DNA from: Nitrospirota bacterium
GTDB taxonomy: Bacteria > Nitrospirota > Nitrospiria > Nitrospirales > NS-4
Direction of reading: 5' to 3'
Assembly: GCA_963788195.1 (NCBI GenBank)
Contig: CAWBGA010000013.1
Location: 256,001 to 320,000 of the forward strand
DNA length: 64,000 nt
Below, in pieces: positions 1-13,194 of this stretch (within the stretch, counting starts at the first letter, position 1; every line of letters starts with the position of its first letter). The notes under the pieces were generated by a model. That model worked only from the letters and a program-made list of their open reading frames with translations. It was not told where the DNA came from and made no database searches. Made by a program: the position numbers and the translations under genes.

Positions 1-2
1 CC

Positions 3-1133
3 ATTCACTCCGGATTGCTGCGCACAATGACGGTCAAGGACTTGGCCGAGATGTTTCCTGAGCGGTTCAACAACAAGACCAACGGTGTCACGCCGCGACG
101 CTGGTTGCTGCTGGCGAACCCCGCGCTCTCGCGCGCCATCACTGAGGCCATTGGTGACGGGTGGGTTACCGATCTCGGCCAATTGAACCAGCTCAAGAAA
201 CTGGCCGACGACAAGGGCTTTCGCGACGCGGTCCGCAAAGCCAAGCGCGAGGCGAAATCGCAGTTTGCCCAGTGGCTCAAAACAACGTCCGGGCAAACAG
301 TCGATCCGGACAGCATCTTCGATTGCCAGGTCAAGCGCATCCACGAATACAAGCGGCAACTCCTCAATGCGTTGCGCATCGTCGTGCTGTACAACCGGCT
401 GCGGGAAAATCCAAACCTCAAGATGGCCCCACGGACATTTTTCTTTGCCGGCAAGGCGGCACCGGCCTACCACCTGGCCAAGGTGATCATCAAGTTCATC
501 AATAATCTGGCCGGCACCATCGACGGCGATCCTATCGTTCGCGGAAGGCTGAAGGTCGTCTTTCTGCCCGAGTACTGCGTGTCGCTTGCAGAGCGCCTGA
601 TTCCGGCTACCGACGTCTCCAACCAGATTTCGACGGCCGGCTACGAGGCCAGCGGTACGAGCAACATGAAGTTCATGATGAACGGAGCGCTGACGCTGGG
701 GACACGCGACGGCGCAACCATCGAGATGGCAGAAGAAGCGGGCGAGGAGAACTTCTTCCTGTTCGGCCTCACGGCGGACCAGGTGGCCAACGGCAAGGGC
801 TGGTATAGCCCGGGCTGGCATTATGACAACGAGGCGGAGACCAGGGCGGCGCTGGACCAAATCTTCTCTGGCTACTTCAACCGCTATGAACCGGGCATCT
901 TCGAACCGCTGCGGCACGCCTTGCTGACAGGCGGAGACCACTATATGCACCTGGCGGACCTCACGTCCTATCTCGAGGCCGACCGCCGGCTCTGCGACCT
1001 GTACGCCGACCCGGATGGATGGGCGCGCAAAGCGATCTTGAATGTCGCCGGCTCAGGGAAGTTCTCCAGCGACCGCACGATCGCGGAGTACGCAGCCGAT
1101 ATTTGGAATGTGAAGCCGTGTCCGATTCCGTAA
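3..1133 (+). CDS. glgP: Glycogen/starch phosphorylase, C-terminal part (5' end outside the window)
   Basis: Motifs [25 protein letters not shown]-lysine EASGTSNMK and FSSDRTI. Confidence 0.96.
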   Translation: MHSGLLRTMTVKDLAEMFPERFNNKTNGVTPRRWLLLANPALSRAITEAIGDGWVTDLGQLNQLKKLADDKGFRDAVRKAKREAKSQFAQWLKTTSGQTVDPDSIFDCQVKRIHEYKRQLLNALRIVVLYNRLRENPNLKMAPRTFFFAGKAAPAYHLAKVIIKFINNLAGTIDGDPIVRGRLKVVFLPEYCVSLAERLIPATDVSNQISTAGYEASGTSNMKFMMNGALTLGTRDGATIEMAEEAGEENFFLFGLTADQVANGKGWYSPGWHYDNEAETRAALDQIFSGYFNRYEPGIFEPLRHALLTGGDHYMHLADLTSYLEADRRLCDLYADPDGWARKAILNVAGSGKFSSDRTIAEYAADIWNVKPCPIP

Positions 1134-1170
1134 AGTCGCCACAACGTGTCAGAGAGAAGGATTAAAGCTC

Positions 1171-2820
1171 ATGGCGATTTCATCCTTAGCAGGTAAGCCG
1201 GCTCCGAAAGAGATGTTGGTGGATCTGGCCAAGCTCGAAGGGGAGTATTACGCGCGCGCGCCGGATATGGGAGATCCCAACGAGTCGGTCGCCTTCGGCA
1301 CGAGCGGGCATCGCGGATCGTCGTTCCGCGGCTCGTTCAACGAGGCGCATATTCTTGCCATTACGCAGGCCATTTGCGACTACCGGCGCGGGCAGGGCAC
1401 CGACGGCCCGCTCTACATGGGCAAGGATACGCACGCGCTGTCCGGACCGGCTCAGCGCACGGCGCTCGAAGTCCTTGCGGCGAACGACGTGCACACCGTC
1501 ATCCAGCAGGACGACGAGGTGACGCCCACGCCTGTCATCTCACGAGCCATCCTGGTCTACAACCGCGGCCGCAAGACGCACCTCGCGGACGGTATCGTTG
1601 TCACGCCCTCGCATAACCCGCCGGAAGACGGGGGCATCAAGTACAACCCGCCCAACGGCGGACCAGCCGATACCGATGTGACGAAATGGATGCAGGATCG
1701 TGCGAATGCGTTGCTGCGGGAAGGCAACGCCGGCGTCAAGCGCGTGCCGTTCGAGAAGGCGTTCAAGGCGGCAACCACGCGTCAGGAAGATTTCATTCTG
1801 CCCTATGTTCAAGACCTTCGGAACGTGATCGACATGGAGATCATCCGCGAGGCGGGCCTCGTGCTGGGCGTGGACCCGCTCGGCGGCGCCGCGGTCCATT
1901 ACTGGGAGCCGATCAATACGGTCTATAAGCTGAACATCGCCGTTGTGAACCCGAAGGTCGATCCGACCTTCTCCTTCATGACGGTTGATCACGACGGCAA
2001 GATCCGGATGGACTGCTCGAGCCCCTATGCGATGGCCAGCCTTGTCAGTCTGAAGGATCGGTTTCGCCTCGCCTTTGCCAACGACCCGGACTCGGACCGC
2101 CATGGGATCGTCACGCCGTCCGCCGGGCTGATGAATCCCAACCACTATCTCGCCGTGGCGATTCGCTATCTACTCACGCATCGACCTCAGTGGCCTACCG
2201 ACGCGGTGGTCGGCAAGACGTTGGTGTCGAGCGGCATGATCGACCGTGTCGTGGCCAAACTCGGCCGCCGGCTGTCCGAAGTGCCGGTCGGCTTCAAGTG
2301 GTTTGTGCCTGGCCTGTTCAATGGCTCTTGTTGCTTCGGCGGTGAAGAGAGCGCCGGAGCGAGCTTTCTCCGTCACGACGGCACCGTGTGGACGACCGAC
2401 AAGGATGGCCCGATCATGAACCTGCTCGCGGCCGAGATCACCGCTCGAACCGGCAAAGATCCGGGGGAACACTACCGCGAACTGACAGCTGAATTTGGGA
2501 GTCCGCTCTACACGCGCATCGATGCGGCGGCCACGCCCGAGCAGAAGGAAAGGCTGGGAAAGTTGTCGCCCGATGCCGTCAAGGCATCGACGCTCGCCGG
2601 CGACCAGATCACTGCCAAGCTGACCAAAGCGCCGGGCAACAACGCCTCTATCGGCGGATTGAAAGTCATCACAGCCAACGGCTGGTTCGCGGCCCGGCCC
2701 TCCGGGACCGAAAACATCTACAAGATCTATGCAGAGAGCTTCAAGAATGAGGGCCATCTAAAGGCCCTCGTGAACGAGGCCCAGGAGATGGTGAACCACG
2801 CACTGGGGAGCGACCGATGA
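1171..2820 (+). CDS. pgm: Phosphoglucomutase (glucose-1,6-bisphosphate-dependent)
   Basis: FGTSGHRG, phosphoserine motif TPSHNP, DPDSDR, GEESAG and RPSGTE; 549 aa. Confidence 0.96.
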   Translation: MAISSLAGKPAPKEMLVDLAKLEGEYYARAPDMGDPNESVAFGTSGHRGSSFRGSFNEAHILAITQAICDYRRGQGTDGPLYMGKDTHALSGPAQRTALEVLAANDVHTVIQQDDEVTPTPVISRAILVYNRGRKTHLADGIVVTPSHNPPEDGGIKYNPPNGGPADTDVTKWMQDRANALLREGNAGVKRVPFEKAFKAATTRQEDFILPYVQDLRNVIDMEIIREAGLVLGVDPLGGAAVHYWEPINTVYKLNIAVVNPKVDPTFSFMTVDHDGKIRMDCSSPYAMASLVSLKDRFRLAFANDPDSDRHGIVTPSAGLMNPNHYLAVAIRYLLTHRPQWPTDAVVGKTLVSSGMIDRVVAKLGRRLSEVPVGFKWFVPGLFNGSCCFGGEESAGASFLRHDGTVWTTDKDGPIMNLLAAEITARTGKDPGEHYRELTAEFGSPLYTRIDAAATPEQKERLGKLSPDAVKASTLAGDQITAKLTKAPGNNASIGGLKVITANGWFAARPSGTENIYKIYAESFKNEGHLKALVNEAQEMVNHALGSDR

Positions 2821-4385
2821 GCCTTCCCCCATTTCCGTCCAACTACCGGGCCTCCGGCGTGCTGCTGCACGTCACGTCGCTGCCCTCGCCCTACGGCATT
2901 GGCGATGTGGGCGCAACGGCGCTTGCCTGGATCGACCGCCTTCACGAGGCGGGGCAGAGCTGGTGGCAAGCGCTGCCGGTGGGACCAATAGGCTACGGCG
3001 ATTCTCCGTATCAACCACTGTCGTCGTTCGCCGGGAATGGGCTCCTCATGAGCCCGGACTGGCTGATCGAGGACGGACTGCTGCGAGTGAGCGATTGCGA
3101 GGGTCGGGCATTTTCGTCAGACGCGGTCGACTACGACGCCGTCTTCTTGTTCAAGCGCCGGCTGCTCGACACGGCCTGGACCAACTTCAATGCCGGCGCG
3201 CGCCCGGATCTGCGGCCCGCTTATGCACAGTTCTGCCAGGACCATGCCTGCTGGCTGGAGGACTACGCGCTGTTTCGCGCGCTGAAGGAGAGGTACGGCG
3301 GGGCCCACTATCTTGAGTGGCCGGCCGAGCTGACCCGTCGCGCTCCGGGCGCGCTGGCCCAGGTCCGGCAAGAGTTGGCGAGCCAGATCGATCAGGTCCG
3401 CCTCGCCCAGTTCCTGCTCTTTCGCCAGGCGGCGCGCCTGAAGCAGCATGCGCAAGCCCGGGGCGTGCGGCTGATCGGTGACCTGCCGTTCTTCGTGTCT
3501 CCGGACTCGAGTGACGTGTGGGCGAACCCTGAGCTGTTCTTGCTGGATGAGCACGGCCGGCCGCGTGTCGTCGCCGGTGTCCCGCCCGACTACTTCAGTG
3601 CCCAGGGACAGCTCTGGGGCAACCCCGTCTACGATTGGGACGCTCTGCGCCGGACCGGCTACCGTTGGTGGGTGGACCGCTTGCGCGCCTTGCTCGCCCA
3701 CGTGGACATCATTCGCCTGGACCATTTCCGCGCGTTCGCGGCCGCCTGGCACGTTCCGGCCGGCGCGCCGACGGCTCAAACTGGCCGCTGGGTGCCGGGG
3801 CCTGGGGCCGAATTCTTCAGTACCGTCCAGAAAGAGCTGGGCGGGCTCCCGTTCATCGCGGAGGACTTGGGGTTGATAACGCCGGACGTCTACGTTCTCC
3901 GCGACCGCTTCAGTGTGCCCGGGACGCGAGTCCTCCAGTTCGCCTTCGACGGTCATGCGGACAATCCGTACCTGCCGAGCAACTATGTCGCGAACACCGT
4001 GGTATACAGCGGCACCCATGACAACCCCACGGCCCGCGAGTGGTACGAGGATCTGCCGGACGACCAGCGGCAGAACCTCTGGAGTTGTCTGAAGCGTTCT
4101 GGGGGCGACAGCAGCGAGGCCGCGCCCGGGCTGATAAGTCTGGCCTGGTCGTCGATTGCCGCGCTCGCGCTCGCGCCGCTACAGGACGTGCTCAATCTGG
4201 GCAGAGAGGCCCGGATGAACGTGCCCGGCTATGCCGAGGGCAACTGGCGGTGGCGCTGCACGCAGCAGATGCTGTCCGACTCGGCCTTCGAATGGCTGCG
4301 AGCGCTGACGGCCACCTCGAACCGCTTGGCTGAGCTTCGCAGTACGCAGACGGTCGGAAGCGTGGAGGCCGCATCCGCATCATGA
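2817..4385 (+). CDS. malQ: 4-alpha-glucanotransferase (amylomaltase, GH77)
   Basis: [36 protein letters not shown] and GTHDN; ATGA overlap with pgm. Confidence 0.96.
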   Translation: MSLPPFPSNYRASGVLLHVTSLPSPYGIGDVGATALAWIDRLHEAGQSWWQALPVGPIGYGDSPYQPLSSFAGNGLLMSPDWLIEDGLLRVSDCEGRAFSSDAVDYDAVFLFKRRLLDTAWTNFNAGARPDLRPAYAQFCQDHACWLEDYALFRALKERYGGAHYLEWPAELTRRAPGALAQVRQELASQIDQVRLAQFLLFRQAARLKQHAQARGVRLIGDLPFFVSPDSSDVWANPELFLLDEHGRPRVVAGVPPDYFSAQGQLWGNPVYDWDALRRTGYRWWVDRLRALLAHVDIIRLDHFRAFAAAWHVPAGAPTAQTGRWVPGPGAEFFSTVQKELGGLPFIAEDLGLITPDVYVLRDRFSVPGTRVLQFAFDGHADNPYLPSNYVANTVVYSGTHDNPTAREWYEDLPDDQRQNLWSCLKRSGGDSSEAAPGLISLAWSSIAALALAPLQDVLNLGREARMNVPGYAEGNWRWRCTQQMLSDSAFEWLRALTATSNRLAELRSTQTVGSVEAASAS

Positions 4386-4482
4386 CCGCGAGCCCGATCG
4401 TTTCTTCTTTGTCACTCGAACGGCGCAGTACTCGTGCTCAGGTTCATGAAATGGGGAACCGCTGGAATGCCAGGGAGGTGAT

Positions 4483-6126
4483 GTGATGACGAGCGGTGCA
4501 GTTCCACTCACCCAAGGCACTGCCTGGAACGCCCTTCGAGAGCATTACGAGGCGATCAAGGCCGTGCATATGCGGGATCTGTTTGCGAAAGATCCGGGGC
4601 GCGGCGCGCGCTTGGTGTGCGACGCGCAGGGAATCTATCTCGACTATTCGAAAAACCGTCTCACGGATGACACGATGCGTTTGCTGCTCGACCTCGCCAA
4701 CGCCGCCGGCTTGCGGACCGGCATCGACGCGATGTTCCGCGGCGACAAGCTCAATGTGACGGAGAATCGCGCGGTCCTCCACGTCGCGCTGCGCGCTCCC
4801 GCCGGCGCCACCATTAAAGTGGACGGCGAAAACGTGGTGCCGAAGGTCCACGCGGTGATCGAAAAAATGGCCGGCTTCGCAAACCGCCTCCGCAGCGGCG
4901 AGTGGAAAGGCCATACCGGCAAGCGCATTCGCAATGTCGTGAACATCGGCATCGGGGGCTCGGACCTGGGGCCCGTCATGGCCTACGAGGCGTTGCGGGC
5001 CTACAGCGATCGCGCGTTGACGGTTCGTTTCGTCTCGAACGTTGATGCGACCGATGTCGCCGAGTCGACGCGGGACCTCGACCCGGCGGAGACGCTGTTC
5101 ATTGTCTGCTCGAAGACCTTCACCACGCAGGAGACCCTCGCCAACGCGCAGACCGCGCGTGCGTGGTGCCTGCGGGCGCTCAAGAACGACACGGCGGTGG
5201 CCCGCCACTTCGTGGCCGTGTCCACGAACGCGGACGAAGTCGCGAAATTCGGAATCGATCCCGCCAACATGTTCGAATTCTGGGACTGGGTCGGAGGCCG
5301 CTACTCGCTGCCCTCGGCCATCGGCCTCTCACTGATGGTCGCCATCGGGCCCGAACGGTTCCGCGAGATGCTGGCCGGGTACCATGCAATGGACGAGCAT
5401 TTCCGGACCGCCCCGTTCGACAAGAACCTGCCCGTGCTGCTGGGGCTCATCGGACTCTGGTACGTGAATTTCTTCGGCACCGAGTCACAGGCGATTCTGC
5501 CCTATGACCACTACCTCGGGCGGCTGAGCGCCTATCTGCAGCAGCTCGACATGGAGAGCAACGGGAAGCGTGTGGACCGGGATGGGAGCGTGGTGAATTA
5601 TCACACGGGTCCGGTCATTTGGGGGACGCCTGGCACCAACGGCCAGCATGCATACTATCAATTGATCCACCAGGGCACGCGGTTGATCCCGTGCGACTTC
5701 ATCGGCTTCTGCCGGTCGCTCAATCCCATGGGGCAGCATCACGATCTGCTGGCGTCCAATCTGTTCGCGCAGACGGAGGCGCTGGCCTTTGGCAAAACGG
5801 CCGCGGAAGTGGAGGCTGAAGGAGCGCCTCCGGCCCTGGTGCCGCACCGGACGTTTCCAGGCAACCGCCCGACGAATACCATCCTGGTCGAGCAACTGAC
5901 GCCGGAGATATTCGGCAAGTTGATCGCCCTCTATGAGCACAAGGTCTTCGTTCAGGGCACGATCTGGCGCATCAACTCGTTCGACCAGTGGGGCGTGGAA
6001 CTGGGCAAAGTGCTGGCCAAACGGATCACGCCGGAATTGACGAGCGGGACGGACCACGATCTCCGGCACGACAGTTCAACCAACGCGTTGATCCGGCGTT
6101 ACCGCCGGCTTCGCCTGCCGGGCTGA
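4483..6126 (+). CDS. pgi: Glucose-6-phosphate isomerase
   Basis: [25 protein letters not shown] and [10 protein letters not shown]. Confidence 0.96.
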   Translation: MMTSGAVPLTQGTAWNALREHYEAIKAVHMRDLFAKDPGRGARLVCDAQGIYLDYSKNRLTDDTMRLLLDLANAAGLRTGIDAMFRGDKLNVTENRAVLHVALRAPAGATIKVDGENVVPKVHAVIEKMAGFANRLRSGEWKGHTGKRIRNVVNIGIGGSDLGPVMAYEALRAYSDRALTVRFVSNVDATDVAESTRDLDPAETLFIVCSKTFTTQETLANAQTARAWCLRALKNDTAVARHFVAVSTNADEVAKFGIDPANMFEFWDWVGGRYSLPSAIGLSLMVAIGPERFREMLAGYHAMDEHFRTAPFDKNLPVLLGLIGLWYVNFFGTESQAILPYDHYLGRLSAYLQQLDMESNGKRVDRDGSVVNYHTGPVIWGTPGTNGQHAYYQLIHQGTRLIPCDFIGFCRSLNPMGQHHDLLASNLFAQTEALAFGKTAAEVEAEGAPPALVPHRTFPGNRPTNTILVEQLTPEIFGKLIALYEHKVFVQGTIWRINSFDQWGVELGKVLAKRITPELTSGTDHDLRHDSSTNALIRRYRRLRLPG

Positions 6127-6167
6127 CACATCGTTCCGCCAACAACAAATAACCTGAGAGGCTTGCG

Positions 6168-8232
6168 ATGACCCGTGAACAACTCGATCAACTCTGCGTC
6201 GACACGATCCGCACGTTGTCCATGGATGCTATTCAGGAGGCCAACTCAGGCCATCCAGGGACGCCCATGGCCATGGCCCCCGTGGCGTACTGCCTATGGC
6301 AGCGATTTCTCCGCTTCGATCCGCAAGATCCGATCTGGCCCAACCGCGACCGCTTCGTGCTGTCGATCGGCCACGCGTCCATGCTGTTGTACTCGCTCCT
6401 TCATCTCACCGGGGTGAAGGCTGTCAGCAAAGATTACGAAACCCTCGGTGAACCGTCGGTGCCGTTGGATGCCATCAAGCATTTTCGTCAATGGGGCAGC
6501 CGATGCCCCGGTCATCCGGAGTACCGATGGACTTCCGGCGTCGAAACCACAACCGGGCCGCTCGGGCAGGGGATTGCGAACAGTGTGGGCATGGCCTTGG
6601 CCGGCCGCTGGATGGCTGCGCATTTCAATCGGCCCGGACTTCGACGACATGATCAATTTTAACGTCTATGCCTTGTGCGGGGACGGTTGCATGATGGAGG
6701 GGATCTCTCACGAGGCCGCCTCGATGGCCGGACACTTGGGCCTCTCGAACCTGTGCTGGATCTACGACAACAATCACATCACGATCGAGGGCAACACCGC
6801 GTTGTCTTTCTCGGAAGATGTCGCAACACGGTTCATCGCCTATGGCTGGAACGTCACCCGCGTCGGTGACGCCAACGATCTCGTGACATGCTCGAGCGGG
6901 CGTTCCGCACCTTCCAGAAGACGACGGATCGGCCCACGCTGATCATCGTGGATAGCCACATCGCGTATGGGGCGCCCAACAAACAAGACACCTCGGCGGC
7001 CCACGGAGAGCCGCTCGGCGAAGAGGAAATCCGGCAGACCAAGAGAAATTACGGATGGCCGGAGGACGCCAAATTCCATATTCCCGACGGAGTCTATGAG
7101 CATTTCCGGCAAGGGGTCGGCGCTCACAGGGAAGATACTCCGCGACGCCTGGTTCACGCGCATCAAAGAGTACAAAGCCAAGTACCCGGAGCTGGCCGAT
7201 CAATTGTACCGGATGCAACACCGGCAGTTACCGGATGGATGGGACAAGGATCTGCCTGCTTTTCCGGCCGACGCCGAAGGGCATGGCAACGCGGGTCTCA
7301 TCCGGAAAGGTATTGAACGCGCTGGGAAAGCGCGTGCCCTGGTTGATGGGCGGGTCGGCGGATCTGGCCCCTTCGGCCAAAACACGGTTGACGTTTGAAG
7401 GGGCGGGCGATTTGTCTCGCCGAGACTCCCGGCGGCCGCAATCTTCACTTCGGGATCCGCGAGCATGCGATGGCGGCAATTCTGAACGGGATGGCCTTGG
7501 TGAAGGTCCGGGCCTATGGTTCCGGATTCCTGATTTTCAGTGATTATGCCAGAGGTGCGATCCGGCTCAGCGCAATCATGGAATTGCCGGTCATCCATAT
7601 TTTCACGCACGACTCGATCGCCGTGGGAGAAGACGGGCCGACCCATCAGCCCATCGAACATCTCGCCTCGTTGCGTGCGATGCCCGGGTTTGATCGTCCT
7701 GCGGCCGGCCGATGCCAATGAGGTGGTAGAAGCTTGGCGCGTGATCATGAATCTGCATCATGAAGCCGGTCGCGCTGCTCCTCACCCGGCAGGACGTGCC
7801 GACATTGGATCGGAACAAGTATGCGCCCGCCTCGGGCTTGGCTCAGGGAGCCTACATCCTGGCTGACAGCCCGGATGGGACAGCCCGACGTGATCCTCAT
7901 CGGAACCGGTAGTGAGGTTTCACTCTGCGTCGCCGCGTATGAACAACTGAAGTCCAACGGCATTAAGGCTCGGGTCGTGAGCATGCCCTCGTGGGAACTG
8001 TTCGAGCAGCAGGACCAAGCCTATCGCGACCGCGTCCTGCCGCCAGCCGTGACGGCCCGTGTAGCGGTCGAACAGGCCTCGACTTTCGGGTGGGCACACT
8101 ATGTCGGCACTCACCGGCACCATCATCGGCATGACGACATTCGGGGCCTCGGCTCCACTGAAAGAATTGCAGAAGGAGTTTGGCTTCACGAAGGAGCGTA
8201 TTGTCGAAGCCGCCATGCAGCAACTGAGATAA
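6168..8232 (+). CDS. tkt: Transketolase, interrupted by about 8-9 single-base frameshifts (probably artefactual)
   Basis: [44 protein letters not shown] and GTGSEV fall in successive frames; terminal TAA at 8230-8232. Confidence 0.9.
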
Positions 8233-8267
8233 GCGAAGTAGTCGCGGGAACACGCGAGACTGTAGCT

Positions 8268-10365
8268 ATGAGATCGAAGATGCATTCGAGCAGGCAGGCG
8301 ACCGGCAATAGCTCTCCTCTCGGCGCGACCGTCGTAAACGGGGGCGTCAACTTCAGCCTGTACTCGCGTGAGGCGACAGGCATGGAGTTACTGTTCTTTG
8401 ATCGGCCGGATGACGCGAAGCCGTCACGTGTGATCGCCCTCGATCCCGCGTCCAACCGCACCTACCACTATTGGCACGTGTTTGTGCCGGGTGCCCGGCC
8501 GGGACAGATCTACGGGTATCGCGCTCAAGGCGCGTTCGATCCCGCGAACGGGATGCGGTTTGATTCTGCCAAAGTGCTGCTCGATCCATATGGCCGCGGT
8601 ATTGTGATGCCGAAACACTACAGTCGTATTGTCGCCAGTGACGAGGGGGACAATGCCGAGACAGCGGTGAAGAGTGTAATCGTGGACCCATCGGCGTACG
8701 ATTGGGAGGGTGATGCGCCGCTGAGACGACCTTCCGCTCGGACCATCGTCTACGAAATGCACGTGCGCGGCTTCACCCGGCATCCCAGTTCAGGCGTTGC
8801 GGAAAAAGTTCGTGGCACGTATGCCGGTCTGATCGAAAAGATTCCGTATCTCCAACAACTGGGGATCACCGCGGTTGAGCTGCTGCCGGTATTTCAGTTC
8901 GACCCCCAGGACTGCCCGCCGGGGAAAACCAACTATTGGGGCTATGCGCCAATCTCGTTCTTTGCTCCACATGAAGCCTATAGCTCGCGGCAGGATCCGA
9001 TCGGCCCAGTGGACGAATTTCGCGACATGGTCAAGGCGCTGCACCGGGCCGGAATCGAGGTCATTCTCGACGTCGTGTTCAATCACACCGCCGAAGGCGA
9101 TCACCGAGGGCCAACGCTGAGCTTCCGCGGTCTGGACAACAACACGTACTACATCCTCGAGCAAGACCGTTCGCGCTACGCCAACTACACCGGCACGGGG
9201 AACACGCTCAACGGTAACCATCCGATCGTCCGTCGCATGATCGTGGATAGTCTCCGGTACTGGGTGGAGGAGATGCACGTGGACGGGTTCCGGTTCGATC
9301 TCGCGTCGATCCTCGCGCGGGATCGAGTCGGGGCAGGTGATGGCGAACCCGCCGGTCTTGTGGGATATCGAGTCGGACCCGTCACTTGCCGGCACCAAGG
9401 TCATTGCCGAGGCATGGGACGCAGCCGGACTCTACCAGGTCGGCAGCTTCATCGGAGACAGTTGGAAAGAATGGAACGGCCGGTTCCGCGACGACGCCCG
9501 CAGCTTCTTCCGCGGTGAAGAAGGCTCGATGGCGCGCTTTGCCGACCGCTTGGTCGGAAGCCCCGAGATCTATGGACACAAGGAGCGCGAACCGGAGCAG
9601 AGCGTCAACTTCGTGACCTGTCACGACGGCTTTACGCTGAACGACCTCGTCTCCTACAACGGGAAGCACAACGAAGCCAACGGCGAAGATAACCGGGACG
9701 GAGCCGACGACAATCGAAGCTGGAACTGCGGCGTCGAGGGTCCGACGGACGATCCGGTAGTGGAGAAACTACGCAACCGGCAGGTCAAGAACTTCCTGAC
9801 CGTCACGCTGCTTTCCCTGGGTCTGCCCATGATTCTGATGGGGGACGAAGTGCGGCGTACACAACGCGGCAACAACAACGCCTATTGCCTTGACGACGAC
9901 ACCAATTGGTTCGACTGGACGCTGGTTGCCAAACACGCAGACGTGCATCGGTTCGTGACGCTGCTCAACGCGCGACGGCTCTTGCGGGACGTGGAGCACG
10001 AGCGGCAGCGCATGAGCCTGACCCAATTGATCCGGCGGGCGAATAAAGCGTGGCATGGGGTCAAGGTCGGGCAGCCGGACTGGGGCCCGCAATCTCATAG
10101 CGTGGCGGTCAGCGCGGAGTTGAAGAACGAAAGGATCGTCCTCTACATGATCCTGAATGCCTACTGGGAGCCGCTCGATTTCGAGTTGCCTCCCGTGGGT
10201 AACGGGAGCGCAAACCCGTGGTGTCGATGGATCGATACGGCCCTCGACTCGCCCCTCGACATCGTTCCATGGCAAACCGCTCCCTCGATACCCGGCTTCA
10301 CATATCATGCCGAGTCGCGCTCGGTGGTAGTGCTGTTCGCCGACCTGACGAGAGCACCGGGATAA
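8268..10365 (+). CDS. glgX: Glycogen debranching enzyme (isoamylase, GH13), one frameshift near 9325
   Basis: [38 protein letters not shown], then EAWD and TCHDGFTL in the next frame. Confidence 0.93.
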
Positions 10366-10446
10366 TTACAGGTCACGAAGTGACGCGAGGTAAGTGAGGA
10401 GTGATGAAACTGGAAGCAGACTAAACATTTTAGGGTAGGGGACACG

Positions 10447-11262
10447 ATGGCAAAGGACGACGGCCAGGGAGATAACGGGAAGGGAAAACTAAAGCGCAAA
10501 GAATACGAGAAGGAGATGCGCCGGCTTCAGGCCGAGCTCTGCCATCTTCAGGCATGGGTAAAACACAAGGGCTTGCGAATCATGGTGGTGTTCGAGGGAC
10601 GCGACGGAGCGGGAAAGGGCGGCACTATTCGCGCAATCACCGAGCGCGTAAGCCCACGCGTGTTCCGCGTTGTGGCATTGGCCGCGCCGTCTGATCGAGA
10701 AAAAAGCCAGATGTACATGCAGCGGTACATGGCACACTTCCCGGCGGCCGGCGAGATCGTCATCTTCGACCGCAGTTGGTACAACCGCGCCGGGGTCGAA
10801 CACGTCATGGGCTTCGCCACCAAAGAACAGTATGAAGGCTTCCTCGAACACGCCCCGCCTGTCGAAGGTTATATCACTAGGGCCGGGATCATCCTGATTA
10901 AGTACTGGCTCGAGGTGAGCAATGCGGAACAGGAACGGCGGTTCGAGGCACGCGTCAAGGACCCGCTGCGCCAGTGGAAGCTCAGTCCCATAGACCTGCC
11001 GTCGCGAGAGAGGTGGTACGACTACTCCCGCGCACGAGACCGGATGCTGGAGGCCACTGACACGAAGCATGCACCCTGGTACATCGTGCGGTCAGACGAC
11101 AAGAAGCGCGCCCGCCTCAACTGCATTACTCATTTGCTGTCGCTGATTCCCTACAAAAAGCTGCCGGGTCAAAAAGTAAAGATTCCCAAGCGATCGAACA
11201 AGAATGAATACGATGACCAGGCGACCTTAAAGGGGAGACGCTTTATTCCGGAGAAGTATTGA
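10447..11262 (+). CDS. ppk2: Polyphosphate kinase 2 (single domain)
   Basis: Walker A FEGRDGAGKGG, Walker B FDRSWYNR and WKLSPID. Confidence 0.94.
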   Translation: MAKDDGQGDNGKGKLKRKEYEKEMRRLQAELCHLQAWVKHKGLRIMVVFEGRDGAGKGGTIRAITERVSPRVFRVVALAAPSDREKSQMYMQRYMAHFPAAGEIVIFDRSWYNRAGVEHVMGFATKEQYEGFLEHAPPVEGYITRAGIILIKYWLEVSNAEQERRFEARVKDPLRQWKLSPIDLPSRERWYDYSRARDRMLEATDTKHAPWYIVRSDDKKRARLNCITHLLSLIPYKKLPGQKVKIPKRSNKNEYDDQATLKGRRFIPEKY

Positions 11263-11270
11263 GAATCTTC

Positions 11271-12986
11271 TCACGCTTGCGTGCGGGAAACGAAAGCGTC
11301 GCTGGCAGTGTTGAGTGTCGCGAAGATGGAATCGGTACCGATGTGTTCCATCGTCCCGGCGCGTTCGAGCATGTTACGCACCTCACGGCGTACGTTCGCA
11401 AGGCCGAAGCGAACGCCCCGTCCGGCCAGTTCTTCGGCAAGGGATTCGAGCATTTCCGCGCCGGTGATGTCCACCTGATTGATCGTGCTTCCATCCACGA
11501 TCAACCATTCGACGTCCGGGTGGCTGGCGACAATCTCCAGCACGCGTTTCTTGAAGTACCCCGCATTAAAGAACACGATCGCAGAGCCGAATCGGTAGAT
11601 CACCAGGCCGGGATGGGTAATGGCATCTTGATGGTGAGCCACCTCGTGCCATCCTCTCATCCCCGGCACATGGCCCAACAGGGCATCCGGCGGTCGTGAG
11701 GTGCGCTTGATGAGCAGGAGTAACGCGCTGCCCACCGCCAAGAGAATACCCTCCAGCAGATCCAACCAGATGACGCCGAGCATGGTGAATAGGGCCAGTC
11801 CACACTCCGCTCGGCTCACACGCCACATCCTGTGCAGCGCAGCACCATCGAATAGTCCGACGGCAGCAACGATCAGCACCGCACCCAACGCCGCCACCGG
11901 CAAGTATTGCAGGGGTTCGGTCAGGAAGAAGAGCACCACTGCCATCGTCGCAGCCGCGATGAGCCCAACCATCTGGGTCTTGCCACCCATGGCATCATTG
12001 ACCGCGGTTCGCGAGTCAGCCCCGGCTACGGTGAAGCCCTGTGACAAGCCGGCGGCGATCTGGCTGGCACCTAGCGCGATGAACTCCTGGTCGGCGTCGA
12101 TGTCGTAGCGGTTCCGCGCGGCAAAACTCCTCGCCGTTACCATGCCGCTACTGAAGCTCACTAGGGCCACGCCCAAGGCGCCGCCGAGCAGAGGTTTCAG
12201 GAGCTCCGGATCGAAATGCGGCCACCTCAACTCCGGGAGTCCTGCCGGCAATGCACCCACGACCGCCACACCTTTGGCCTCCAGACCCAAACCATAAACT
12301 AGGGCCACTGCCGCCACGGTGGCCAGCAACGGCGCCGGCGCGAGAGGCGACAAGCGCTTGCTCACCATGATGACCGCGAGGGTCGTCAATCCAACGGCAA
12401 GTGTCGGCAGATGGGTTTGAGGCAGCTTTCCGGCAAACTCGATGAGCCGCGGTACGATACCGGGCGAGTGCACGGCGAAACCGAACACTTTCCCGATTTG
12501 GCCGAGAAAGATGCTGATCGCCACGCCGTTGAGATAACCGACCAGGATCGGCTTCGCGAGAAAGTCGGCGACAAAGCCGAGCCGGAAGATCCCCGCAGCG
12601 ATGCAAACCAGCCCGGTCAACACCGTCAGTGCCACTGACAGTGACCGGAGGGTCTCGGGGTCGCCGGCGGCGAGCGGCAGCACCGTGGCGGCAAACACAG
12701 CGCACGTGGCAGCGTCGGGATTCACGATAAGCTGCCGCGAGGTACCGAACAGCGCGTAGGCCACGAGCGGAAGGATGGCCGCATACAACCCGACGATCGG
12801 CTCGAACCCGATCAGTTGCGCATAGGCGATCGCGGTGGGCACTGCGACTGCAGCAACCGAGACGCCGGCTAGTAGATCGGAGCGCAGCCATTCGCGCCGA
12901 TAGGCGAGGAGTTTCAGAAGACCAGGCGCAAAACGACCTATCACTGCCTTAGAGTCGTTCCATGGAGTCGTTGGATTTGCTGCCAT
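11271..12986 (-). CDS. SulP/SLC26 anion permease with C-terminal STAS domain
   Basis: DLLAGVSVAAVAVPTAIAYA, FGTSRQL, multiple TM segments and STAS-like FFNA..DITGAEML. Confidence 0.92.
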   Translation of the reverse strand: MAANPTTPWNDSKAVIGRFAPGLLKLLAYRREWLRSDLLAGVSVAAVAVPTAIAYAQLIGFEPIVGLYAAILPLVAYALFGTSRQLIVNPDAATCAVFAATVLPLAAGDPETLRSLSVALTVLTGLVCIAAGIFRLGFVADFLAKPILVGYLNGVAISIFLGQIGKVFGFAVHSPGIVPRLIEFAGKLPQTHLPTLAVGLTTLAVIMVSKRLSPLAPAPLLATVAAVALVYGLGLEAKGVAVVGALPAGLPELRWPHFDPELLKPLLGGALGVALVSFSSGMVTARSFAARNRYDIDADQEFIALGASQIAAGLSQGFTVAGADSRTAVNDAMGGKTQMVGLIAAATMAVVLFFLTEPLQYLPVAALGAVLIVAAVGLFDGAALHRMWRVSRAECGLALFTMLGVIWLDLLEGILLAVGSALLLLIKRTSRPPDALLGHVPGMRGWHEVAHHQDAITHPGLVIYRFGSAIVFFNAGYFKKRVLEIVASHPDVEWLIVDGSTINQVDITGAEMLESLAEELAGRGVRFGLANVRREVRNMLERAGTMEHIGTDSIFATLNTASDAFVSRTQA

Positions 12987-13035
12987 TCGAATGGTGCCAG
13001 GAAATCAGTATCTCACAGGGAGAATCCCGGATCGA

Positions 13036-13055
13036 ACCTGTCACTTTTGACAGTT
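13036..13055 (+). promoter_or_regulatory. Lux-box-like palindrome 1 (ACCTGTCACTTTTGACAGTT)
   Basis: CTGTCA-N4-TGACAG; TATAAG 21 nt downstream (13077-13082); lies between divergent SulP and DUF4136-like genes. Confidence 0.7.
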
Positions 13056-13194
13056 TCTCTCTCCCCCGCTTTTCTATATAAGAACGATCAATCGGCTCCG
13101 CTCTATGCGCCGAAGGGGAAGGTGCCTCAATGGCGGCTTACTCTCCCCGCCGGTGAAGCGGGTCGATTAACATAGGTGTTTCACGAAGGGCGCC

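Noticed and set aside
7821..9518. Apparent transketolase-GlgX fusion ORF
   Set aside because: A frameshift near 8108 moves tkt out of its own frame (stop at 8232); glgX has its own ATG at 8268
13047..13052. TTGACA within the palindromes as ordinary -35 elements
   Set aside because: Spacing to the -10 is about 24 nt, and boxes 4 and 5 have CTGACA
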